NCBI GenBank assembly: GCA_040954595.2
Contig: CM082597.2
Location: 3,626,014-3,690,013 of the forward strand
Length of the DNA stretch: 64,000 nucleotides
Direction of reading: 5' to 3'
Source of the DNA: Balanoglossus misakiensis
Lineage: Eukaryota; Animalia; Hemichordata
A program made the position numbers and the translations under genes. Shown one piece after another: positions 49,001 through 60,200 of the stretch. Under the pieces are notes generated by a model. It was not told where the DNA came from, did not search any database, and worked only from the letters and a program-made list of their open reading frames with translations. Numbering within the stretch: the first letter of the stretch is position 1; every line of letters starts with the position of its first letter.

Positions 49001-51213
49001 TTCAGCCAGACTTGTTTCATTAAAAACAAAGGATGAAAAAAAAAAATGTTCTTGCAATTATAGAGGATCTAACTACTATCAAAGAGGTAAGGCGGCACAA
49101 ACTTCAACCCTGTGGAAGCAATGTTTTACAGCGTCCTCTATGACGAGAACTCAAGAGTGTCACTGGTTTTTTTTGCTCACCTGAGTAAATTAGGAGCCCA
49201 GACAATGGCCAAATTCTTGGAATGCATTCCAGTTTGGTCCTGATACGACGACATCTTGGACAGATGCTTCATTAAGTACTCCACCGTCCTGTAATGTGGG
49301 GGAGGCAACTGCTGGATCACGTCCGTGATCTTCAACAAACGATCTTCTTCAGTTGCAATGGCTTCAGCGAATTTGTCGTACAGCTGATAGGTAAGTAGGG
49401 GATTGGGAAGTTCACTGCAATGCAAAACCAAATGTAATCAAATAAAGATTGTCATAGTTTATTTCCCATGGATTTTCCACTATTCTTCGATATTAAATGA
49501 CGTCAGATGCGCTCAGGTGGCAGTTACATTGGCATTCAAATTTCCAGATGATGGGCAACTTCAGCAATGTGGTGCAGACAAAAACTATGCAGATGAAACT
49601 CCATGAGGCTGATGAGGCACCATACCTGATACATGTTACATGTCTGGCGGTTCTGAAGTAAAATCATACTCGGAATAACTTTTATTGGATGCCGAAATAT
49701 TGCTTGCTATTGACTCAAAAGCTTTTAAAAATTATGTTTGTTAGAAGGCACACTGGTCATAATCACCATTTTGACATAAACACCATCTTTCAAGTCAAAT
49801 TCAAGTCAAACCAGGTCAAATCTAATAATGGGTACTCAACTCACCGGAAGTACAGCTTGAGGACAGAGCTCACACAATGGATATCATTGACGTACTCCGA
49901 CATATCCGGGTCTTTCTCGCTATCAAATTCCTGACGCAAACACTGAATGTTGGATGCCACCCCAGAGAGTCTGTAAATGCCGTCGACGACACCATTGGTC
50001 TCTATGAAATCTGTGCAGATTTTCAACACCTGTGGTACTGCAATAAGAGAACGCACAATAGACTTTAATCCTTTGGACACCATCACTTTACCAGTCAAAA
50101 TGTCGTGCAACAAATTTTTATCATTTTCCCCATTTGCCACCTTAATTTTAGACCAAAAATACACACATTTCTATTTTCTGCTGGACGCCATCATTTTTCC
50201 TGTCAAAATGTCGTGCAACAAATTTTTATCATTTTCAAACATTTTTCCCTATTTCCCACCTTAATTTTAGACCAAAAAGACACACTTTTCTATTTTCTGC
50301 GGGTCTTGACCAAAATTTCAGCAAAACTATGGTAAAACTTACTGTCATGTTCCGAATTTAGTAAATGCTCGCCCAAGTCGCACCCGTACACTCGTTCCCG
50401 CAGTATTCCGCGCTGCTTGAGTCTTCTCTTGGCCGGCCTGGCCAGCATGAACGACCTCAAGAACGTGATCAACTTACCATGCTTACGAAGAACTGTAGAA
50501 GGATCGAAACATCAAACTGTCAATACAATGCAGCCTACTAGAGTTTATAAATATAATATTGATAATTGATACTTTCAAATAAGATGCTTTTTTCTTCCAA
50601 AGAGACAGTCAGGGACAATTACACCTAGGACACTTCCCCAATCGGAAACTTATCCAGTCGCATCCCTTACCCTTCACCAGTAGAATTTACATTAACCCTT
50701 TCACCACCATGGTTCAGTCCAAACCCATTGTTTTCTATGGTAAGGTTGGACCTCTAAAGACGGAAACTGGGGGTGAAAGGGTTAAGAATTCTGATAACAT
50801 TAATCCGCTTACCACCCCCCCCCCCCAACCTTTTAAAAGAACACTGCTTCATGTGATGTAAATTTCCCAAGAGTAGCCATGCCTTAAATGCAAATTTTAC
50901 ACATCCACATCAAAATATTCTGATTATGACAATGGATTAGATGAACAGCACAGATACATTATGTTCAAGAAAACATGATGGAATATATATTGATGCTTTG
51001 TTTTGGTGTTGTTTTTATTGTTGTTTTTGTTTTTTTTAGTGTGGAGGTGAAAGCAACACAAACTGGACATTTCTTTGTAATGTTAATATGGTTGATTGAT
51101 GTGTGAGCCAGCACGGACATTATGGAATGGTGTGAGTACACGTTGGGATCAATCTCACACATCGTACCTGAGTTATTGTCTGTTGCCATGGAGACAGAAT
51201 CATCAAAGAGATT

Positions 51214-51287
<74 letters not shown>

Positions 51288-54066
51288 GAAAGATAGGAAA
51301 TGGTGGATGTTGTGGGTTAGGTGTGAAATTGGCACAGTGTCTTCTACAGCTACATGTATACTTTGTCTGGAGAAATGAAACTTGGGAGAAAACATTCATT
51401 TCCAGGTCTAAAGCACTAATAAATGTTTTGTCATACAAGCTAAGATGTTACAAATAAGAACACCAGTCAAGTAGTTACCCACTGGTTTATAAAAGGTTCA
51501 AAACAGTCATATAATACCAAAGAGTCACTAGTTATCAAATAGTCAATAGTTACCAAAATATTCAATAGTTAGTTATTCATTTGAACCCTTATGTGTGGGT
51601 ACCATAAAACTGGTACACTAAATGGTGGGGAAAAATCACAATAGATTTCCACTGCCTAGTAACTCTAATCTGCATTATAACGTTATCTCACCTGGTTTGG
51701 GTGTTTTCGGCACATGTGATACCACACAGGTGGGCACCTTGCCACCAATCACTTGCACACACTGACTTGGAAAGAACCCCACTTCAAAACCCTTCTTCCC
51801 CCTCCACCAATTGGTATCTTCCACTGGAGGCATGTCTATTACTGACACTATTTCACCAACCTAAGGGGTACACAGATATGGGCAATACTAATTACAACTT
51901 TCAAATGAAAAAAGAAAGTTAGAACAAGTTTATTATTATGAATATGTATGTATGTATGTATGTACGTACGTATGTACGTATGTACGTATGTATGTATGTA
52001 TGTATGTATGTATGTATGTATGTATGTATGTATGTATGTATGTATGTATGTAGGTACAATGTATGTACCTGTATATATAGGTAATGATACTTTGTTATGT
52101 ATTCTAATACATCCACAGGAAGCAAATCTATTCTTTCTGCTATGGACACATTTCTTGCTACTGACTGCCAGACAACTGACACATTGCGGAAGTCACCGAA
52201 CGTCGAACACACATGTAACATCAGACACATATCCCTCCTACCTCTAGAGTCAGTTCATCATTGACCTGGGCAGCGTATCTCTTGACGACATGTGCTGCTG
52301 CCACTGCTGGTATATTGATGGCAGACTCGTCGGATACGATCAAATGGTTGCCATGGTTATCCAGCTAGGAACAAAAGACAGAGAAAAAGAATGATTATGA
52401 TAATGTGAGACGTGGTATATGCTGCATCCATTCATTTGGGTAAAAACAATCAGTTGATAGAATTGTTAAACCCAGATTCTGTCTCTGATTGGCCACTACA
52501 CACAGGTTCGACTGTACAAACAACTACTGAATGCATAATGGGATGACTGTAACTAACAGACCTATTATCCAAGGCAACTTACAGGTATGTTCGAGTTTTA
52601 ACCTATGTAATTTGGGGGATAAAAAACACTATTAATTATTGAGAGATTTATATTGGGATATACAGTTTATTTTTTAATTTAATCATGAAAGATAAAAGGA
52701 GTGGATTTTGATAAGATAAATGGGGGCACAATGATGATATTCAAATCCCTTTATTTCCATTCTGTTACAGGCTTGTTACCTTTACACACATCACGGGGCT
52801 AAGAGATGTATATATGTTTAGGATTAAAAAACAGCAATTTGCCAAGTGTGGTGTATACAATGTATTTCTTAATCTATATGTTAATACATTAGGCACATAA
52901 TTTAGTAATACATATGAATCAACACTACACATCATGTACACACTTCCAAACATATATAGTCTCATTCTAAGTCCATTCGAGATCAATGCATTTAACCCTG
53001 TCACCCCCAATTCCTTTTACAGAGGTCCAACGTTTACCATAGATAACAATGGATTTGGACCAAACTATTGTGGTGAAAGGGTTAAAAGACAAAACAAAAA
53101 ATCTCAAAACACTTGTGGCTGGGAATAAGCCATGCTTTGTTTTCTGTAAGCCGACTATTGCAGAAGACAATACTCGCAATATGTACCAAGGCTATAAGTG
53201 ATCTCACATAAGTACTTCGCAATTTTCATATCTACTGGCATGTTGTGTGTTACCAAGGTGACTGACAGTACTGTAACAATGATCATGTGCTACAAATTGT
53301 GGACATGCATGTGCACCACTGCATGTGCTAGCGCCCTCGACGACTGCACATTCAAGGAAAACCTACAGTTGAGTTCAGAGTTTTATACAAGGACAATTGC
53401 AATGAACAGGACAACCTAAACAAAATGGCTACAGTATCAAACACTGGCATCACAGAGACTCATGACTTCTGACCTCACTTCATGACCTCTGAACTCAACT
53501 GACAGTTTGAAGCCTACAATGCCAAAACACCGCCTCTAGTTGTCTACTGAACACAAGGACAGCGCAAGACACTAGCTGGAAAATGCCCGGCGAGGTGCGA
53601 CGACGATGACGACAGTGAGTTGAGGGTTACCTGGCAATGGTATCCATAGCTATCCATCTTAATGCAGGATTAATAGGAATGATGTGGAAAAAATAGATCG
53701 ATGAAAGAACATGAAAGTTGCATGACGGGACAAGGTGAGTTACAGGCAAAATGACAGCCAGGGTTTTTAACGTTTTAAAGTTTTGAATATTTGACATTGG
53801 CAGTCATGGTAAATTTTACATAGGAAGTTTAGAAAAGTATTCAGAAATGCAAATTATTTGAGTTTTTACACACACATCATCCTCTATACTGTTCTTTTGC
53901 TGCTTACCTCCATCCAATTGAGTACTGGTGCACAGTTGATCATATTGCCAGCAATCTGAGAGAATCTGGACAGGTAGTGTGATAACATCGACCTGACAGC
54001 CTAGAAATAAAATAATGAGAAAAGAATATTATAAATCAAGAGAGAGCATATGTATGTTTGTTTCTC

Positions 54067-54099
<33 letters not shown>

Positions 54100-57000
54100 A
54101 TGTATGTATGTATGTATGTATGTATGTATGTATGTATGTATGTATGTATGTATGTATGTATATGTGTGTGTATGTATGTATGTATGTATGTATGTATGTA
54201 TGTATATATATGTGTGTGTATGTATGTATGTGTGTGTATGTATGTATGTGTATGTATGTGTGTGTGTATGTTGGTGTACTCAGGTGATGTAAGTAGGAAT
54301 AGGGGTTAGGTCTGGGTTTGATTCCTTTAACCCTCCCCTCCCCCAGTTCCCACATCAGAGGCCCATCCTTACCATAGACAACAATAGGCTTGGACTGAAC
54401 CATTGTGATCAAAGGGGTTAAAAACCCCAGCCGATTACCTCATGGTTTCCAGTGACAGCCTCGCCCTTGGGAAGCTCCACCAGCTGGCTGTACCTCCGGT
54501 CGAAGATGCAGCGATGGAGATGTTTGTCCAGCACCCGGAAGTCCTCGTAGCACCGTTTCAAAATCCACTTCTTCTTCTGGCAAGTGACTTGGACCGTGTA
54601 GTAGTGATTGGGCGGCAGGGGTACGTCGTCCGACTCGTTGCAGACGAACACCTGGTGAAGAAACCAATCATTTTCTCTGTGAGGGGGTAGTTATTTATTT
54701 ATGGAATTCAAAGTCCAGTGTCCTTGCGCTGGCGCAAATTAAAGGTATACAGTCACCTCCAACTTACATACGTCCATATATGGCCGAAATGGCGTATTTG
54801 GGCGTTCTAAAGAACATATGGTGGCGCTCTTTTTTTCGCGTGTGCCACCCACTGAAAATCAGTGATTGGCTAAATCTCAATTTGCCATGGTAACTATTGC
54901 TTATTTTCCATAGGTGACCGTATACCTTTAATAAGAATCTGTGGTTTATTTGGTATATAGGGTAACATGGCTGATTGTAGTCAAGGAAGCAGAATACATC
55001 AATTAATACATACCTGTACCTGTCCAAACTCTACGTTGTCATAGTGAAAATGAGCACACTCATTCAGCTTGGGAAATCGACTTGAACCGTCGTGATAGCT
55101 GAAAATAATCAAAGACAGCACCACACATTAAAGGGACAAAGTCTCTCTCTCGCTGCCTTTTTTTCCCATTAATTATGTTTAATACAAGACAAGACACATG
55201 TGCATATATAGTGAATCAATGTTCGACCACACACAACTTCCATCTCGTTTGTAGGATATGAGAATAAAAATGTTGCCAAAATGAATAAATGGTAGAGACC
55301 GATCATTCATTTTGGCCAGTTTGTGTCAATGTTTTTTACAACGTGTTACCCATTACATGTAATTAATGTTGTTACTTACGAAGCCATTTTCCTGATTCTA
55401 ACGCTGGCTTGAGCTCGTGTTAAGGCACTGTGGTTACCCTGTTCTGCGTTACCCCCACTTTGGGCATTGGTGTCTATTCTGTTCAATGGAACCTACAACA
55501 GAAAAAAGCAAAACAAAAACAAACCATGAATTTAACTGGTTAGAAACTGAACACATTATAGTACACCCAACTGCTGATAGTAGTCGACTAACCCTTTCAC
55601 CCCCAGTTCCTTCTTTAGAGGTCCAACCTTACCATAGAAAACAATGGATTTGGACTGAACCATTGTGGTGAAAGGGTTAAGTGCCATCTCTGATAACGCA
55701 CAGGTTGGCCTGACTTTCTTACATGCCACTCTCTTTGACGAGTACAAGCAGAGACTAGAAAATCACAAAGACATTCTGCCGACAATGGAGCTGCCAATCA
55801 AAATGTGACCACCAATGATTAAGCTCCACCCATGAATAATAAATTAGGCAACACCTGGTGAACATGCTTCAGTGTTCTACATGTCCTGTGCCTCCTCGAG
55901 ATTCACAGGCCAACAAGATAGGCCCTGCTTTGCTGTATGGAGGTAAAATACACCATTTGCAACTCTGAGCGAAAAAGGGGAAATACTCGCATCAGAAATA
56001 TACACTGGTATATCTGTTTAAGGTCACATTAAAGTGTAATATCGTCAATGATTACAGATTACATACGATACATGTTTATACAGTGGATATTTCAGAGAAA
56101 TGAACTTCCTCATATATTGTGTTTCTTAAACACACACACACACCAACTGATATTATTTGTGACAGTGTATGTCTTTGTTAGTACATGTGCGGTGAATGGG
56201 AATACTGTGGCATCCTTACATTTCATTTTAAATCTATATAAATTACAATACATGTAATATCGTGTTACCCCCCCCCCCCCCCCCCTGGTATTATGCAACA
56301 ACTTTCCCATATTAGTTTTATTACTCCACAAGTTAATGTAAGGAAAAACAATAGTATGCCGGGTAAAGTATATTTTATTTCCCATGAGTATTTACTGTTT
56401 TGATGAAGTACAGCAAGTTCAGGGCTTTACTGCCAACTATATGCAACCTTTCTTGTTCTCTAAGTCAGTAACACACCTGATAATAGTACTAATGATAACC
56501 CCACAACCACCTTAAAAACAAATTGACACGTAAGTCTGCCATGTGGTGGCACTGTTCACACACCTCGTAGATTCATAATAACTCTCGTTTAGGTTAATTA
56601 AAAGAAACTTCAAAACCCGTTAATGAATATTGATTACTCAGAGTGTTGCTTATATAATTATGGTTAGTTGACACCACGCCAATGAAATGTCAAAAATCAC
56701 CATGTGTCTGTCAAGAAGTACAGGCAATGATAGTGTATGGGAACCAGTGTGCCCTCTAAGCCCATATGACACACCACTGACTCAACAAACTCACTGTTGT
56801 TGACAGACCCAAGACAATTCTCCACACTACATGCACAGGTATAGGGCTTACACAGAGAAATTTCTAGAAATCTCCAAACTGACTCAGACTGTCAGAGTTT
56901 TTAAAAATTGCGATTGTCAGAGAGCACACTGATGGGAAAATGGATTGAGGAATCTAAATGTTAGATAAAACCCAACCAAGATGGCCCAACTCACAAAAAT

Positions 57001-57289
57001 CGGTGAAATGATCGGTAAAAGGGGAGGGGGGAATGAAAACCATAAAAGATGTGTTATTTTATTGGATCATTACTGAAGAACTGGGAATGGATGGAAATGA
57101 TGACAGATGACATGCGATGATGCGACCACACACAAAAAATGATCTCCGTGAGAAATCACCATGACGATGAGCGGTGATTTTTTTACCTTGGTGTAAAACA
57201 TACTGTTGCCTGCCTCCACGCGAACGGTGTTGGTCTTTGATGCCTGACTGTCATTTTCAGCTTCCGAGACCTTGCGTACACGCTGGCTC
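43446..57289 (-). CDS. ARHGAP32: Rho GTPase-activating protein 32/33-like (PX, SH3, RhoGAP, long Ser/Pro-rich tail); first exon not certain
   Basis: FPKLNECAHFHYDNVEFG, PX (YEDFRVLDKHLHRCIFDRRYSQL), SH3 (WWRGKKGFEVGFFPSQCV), LRKHGKLITFLRSFM..YGCDLGEHLLNS, RhoGAP (DGIYRLSG, KLYFRELPNPLLTY, NLAIVWAPNLLR), LLSLEEARAR. Exons 57187-57289, 55380-55492, 55014-55098, 54439-54651, 53908-54000, 52242-52364, 51692-51860, 50343-50492, 49845-50037, 49181-49414, 47418-47566, 47007-47223, 46475-46710, 43446-46090. Probably co-orthologous to ARHGAP32/33. Confidence 0.9.
46271..46453. mobile_element. Tc1/mariner (pogo/Tigger-like) MITE with TA TSD
   Basis: TACAGTATAACCTGTCTAAACCAAAC / GTTCGGTTTAGACAGGTTTCACCGTA. 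Confidence 0.8.
47569..47974. repeat. 52-bp minisatellite, about 8 units, abutting a 3' splice site
   Basis: Unit GAAACGACATGGTAGCATAGAGGTCAGCTGATCAATCTGAACCAATCAGAGT starts at 47569, 47621, 47673, 47725, 47777, 47829, 47881; last junction has a short deletion. Confidence 0.95.
48196..48240 (-). CDS. Candidate 45-nt cassette exon, paralogue of the start of exon 47418-47566
   Basis: TGTTTCAG acceptor, GTATGT donor, phase 2-2; encodes (R)SRQIETASMAFKKS(K) versus (R)SREIETGLAAF. Confidence 0.6.
48301..48653. mobile_element. Probable MITE bounded by inverted repeats
   Basis: ACTTTCTGGGTTCAT / ATGAACCCAGAAAGT, a 15-bp perfect inverted repeat extendable with mismatches; no TSD identified. Confidence 0.6.
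50075..50300. repeat. Intronic tandem duplication of about 110 bp
   Basis: GTCAAAATGTCGTGCAACAAATTTTTATCATTTTC..CCACCTTAATTTTAGACCAAAAA occurs twice. Confidence 0.9.
50692..50785. mobile_element. Family D 94-bp piggyBac-like MITE
   Basis: TTAACCCTTTCACC..GGTGAAAGGGTTAA; TTAA plus CCC/GGG ends. Confidence 0.85.
51219..51283. repeat. (GA)n microsatellite
   Basis: Directly visible. Confidence 0.95.
51944..52051. repeat. (TATG)n microsatellite
   Basis: Directly visible. Confidence 0.95.
52992..53085. mobile_element. Family D piggyBac-like MITE
   Basis: TTAACCCTGTCACC..GGTGAAAGGGTTAA, opposite orientation to 50692. Confidence 0.85.
54067..54271. repeat. (TG)n/(TATG)n compound microsatellite
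   Basis: Directly visible. Confidence 0.95.
54327..54421. mobile_element. Family D piggyBac-like MITE (diverged)
   Basis: TTAACCCT..TTGGACTGAACCATTGTG..GGGGTTAA. Confidence 0.8.
54739..54931. mobile_element. Family C TTAA-AGGTATAC MITE (other copies: 32687-32774 internally deleted, 24764-24900 diverged)
   Basis: TIR TTAAAGGTATACAGTCACCT / AGGTGACCGTATACCTTTAA. Confidence 0.85.
55128..55318 (+). mobile_element. Family A MITE copy
   Basis: Same start motif, body and central hairpin. Confidence 0.8.
55588..55680. mobile_element. Family D piggyBac-like MITE
   Basis: (C)TAACCCTTTCACC..GGTGAAAGGGTTAA; a partial fifth copy lies at about 4715-4781. Confidence 0.85.
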
Positions 57290-60200
57290 CTGTTTGGTGT
57301 AAAGAACTGGTACACATAAGTGAACAGGACACACAGAACAGAAAACACACAATGACACCAGGTACGGTGTGTGTGAGGAATCAACAACATGCAGATAAAT
57401 ATCACAACAGATGTCTAACGTAAAGAATAACAAGATTGAAACAAAACAGTCGACACTCAACAAATAGTTGAGAGTAAACAGAATACGCACAATGCCATGC
57501 AAGGTGACCGTCAAAGTGATAACATTGTGAAAAGTCTAAGCTATTATCAACGCACGTGAAACTTGATGAGGGGGACCTTGATGCATGCATGTACAGAGAA
57601 CGGAACAGAATGAAAGTTTCACCCTCCCACATCTTTTGCTTCCACCCCTCCATTCAATGTATCAGTTTCTTCCCCCCCCCCCTCTCTCTCACTCCCTCCC
57701 TCCCCTCTCTCTCTCTGGGTGTGTGTGTGTGTATGTGTGCACACAAAGGGTGGTAGCCACCCACAATACCTTACACCACATCAACCCCATGCCCCATTAT
57801 TCCCAACATCATTCCCTGCTTTTAATCAACAGACAACATTTCCATGAACACTGAGCATTAAAACAACATTTGGCATATTGCTGATCTTGTTCAATTGAAA
57901 TCGATACAATTAAGCTTTCATTTATCCCGGTTCAAAAAATCCCTCCTTTCATATGTAGAAATCAGTTCCACAATGATGCAATTATAAAAATCAATAAATT
58001 TTGCTGGTATGACATTGTTACGAGTTCTGGTGTATTTTCAACCCACATGTCAATAGCAACTAATGAAATATAATTAATGCCGTTATGAAATTATTTTATC
58101 AGAGACTTATTCGGTCTAGTGCTTGTTGATTTATCAAATAAATTAAACGTGTTTCACATACCTACAACTTGTCTGTATACTGTTATGTATTCTACGCAAG
58201 CCTCGAATTGATACAGCCTTTATTTTGATAAACGACTTTTGAAAAATGAAGGGTGGGTGACCTAACACCCCTTGGTGGCGTACACAGTGATATAACATTC
58301 TTAAATTTCGACTATCACAAAATTGGAATAGCGCCGTTAGGTACGACCTGTCACTTCCCGAGACTGCGAGAGACCTCGCATCCATAATGAGTAAAGGAAT
58401 GCAGACTCCAGCATCTAGAGTCTAATCAAATGTACAGTATTGTACATGCTGGGTTTTCATAATGTAAACCGTCTGCTTGCGTGACTTACATACACATGTA
58501 CTGCAGGCAGTTTTCACTGAATGATGAGATGAGACCCTTTCTCTCATTATCATGGCCGAATGTGGCAGGCTTCTCTGATTGGCTTATTAGTGTCATGTGA
58601 CTGTGTGGGGTAAAAGACTGCCCTTCCCTGATTGGCTGATGAAGTAGTAAATTTAGAAATGATTACATCACACGTCACCTACTACAGGCCAAAACCGGGT
58701 CACAAAATCCTATGAATGTGAAAATAACAGGTTTCGTATTATAGTAAACAAATCCTGGACAATATCTTCCAGGGTTATTTTTAAGTGACCACATCACACA
58801 AACATTTCTGATTGCGTTCCTTTCCATTCCACACTCGGGGTGGATACCCTACACTGAATAATTTGATCACAACCACGCCGGCACAGCAAGGATCCACAGA
58901 TTCCCTCTCTTCACTCTCCTGAGCACCGACTCTAATTATCACACTCCTACACAAAACAAAGGAACTGCCACGCACAAAAAAATAAATAAATAAAAAACAT
59001 GGTCTGAGTCAGATAAGGCCCTTCTTTGAGAATGCCCTTCCTGTCTTGGTTTACTGTTACAATGCCCCCAAACTCAATGACAACAGTTTCCTGTCTTTGG
59101 TCAGATTTCTGGGATGGGTCCGACTCAGTGGGCAGAGTGTATTAAGACAAGTCAGGGCTGAGGTCTGTCAAAGATGCATTGTCCGTCCAAGGGTAAAGTA
59201 CCCTTTATCATACACTTTTTCTTTGAGTAAATCATATCTTGAATGCATATCAGTCATGTTTTATTAACTCTTAAAAATTAAAATTTTTATTGGTTAATTC
59301 AAATGTGAAAGGTATCTATACAAAAATATTGGAAGTTTCAAATTATGACTATTGTGAAGTATTCCCGGGATAATTTCTGGTATTCCTTGCAAAGGTGAAG
59401 GACTCACGGAATACCGGGTACTCAAAGAAATTTCTAGAAATCCTCAAATTGACTCAAAGCTTTCAAAACCCATGTTGTTAGAGGGCGAACTGACTGCGTA
59501 TGGGGACAGTCTCTCCTTGGTATAATTCTAAGGGGAATCACTCATATGGGAACTTGTATGGAGTCACTGATTCGAGAAATTGGGCAGAAGTTGACTCACA
59601 AAGCATAACGCCTCCAGCAAGACAGTCAATGGCGCTTTGCAGAATAGAGCTGGGGGTTCAAACACTGTTGTAGAGTGACCGTGGGTTAAACTATGGAGTT
59701 GTGAATTCCAATATGTCTACATACAACACTCAGAGCAAGGTCGCATCAGTAATATACACCATATGAAACTACATGTATATAAGTTAAAAAATAACGGTAT
59801 CTTCAGTCCAGGAAAAATCAAAACAACAACACATACATGTAGACATTGTAAGTGAACAGAACCTGTATGCAAAAAAATAAAAAAAATACCACATACGCAT
59901 TTCTACATATTTTATTTATAGCCTAGATGTAAGTTTGGACCTTGGCAAGATACTATACATTGGTAAAAAGATATACGTGTACTACATTGTACAATTAATC
60001 ACAGACAGTAATAGCTTCACTCTGTCTACGGCATAATGCCCAGCACAATTACATGTGTACACTCCGGTCAAGGATTTTTCATCTAACAATCTCAACCATT
60101 GTATCAATGTACATGTATTCAATGTGCAAAACCGATCTACTGGTCTGCACAGCTTGGACTAAACCATTCCATGGGAATTTCTGACTTCTGCATCACATGG

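Noticed and set aside
49595-49645. CTGATGAGG motif in the 3-copy dispersed repeat as a hammerhead ribozyme
   Set aside because: All three copies have GATAC or TATAC where GAAAC is required, and no stem I partner follows
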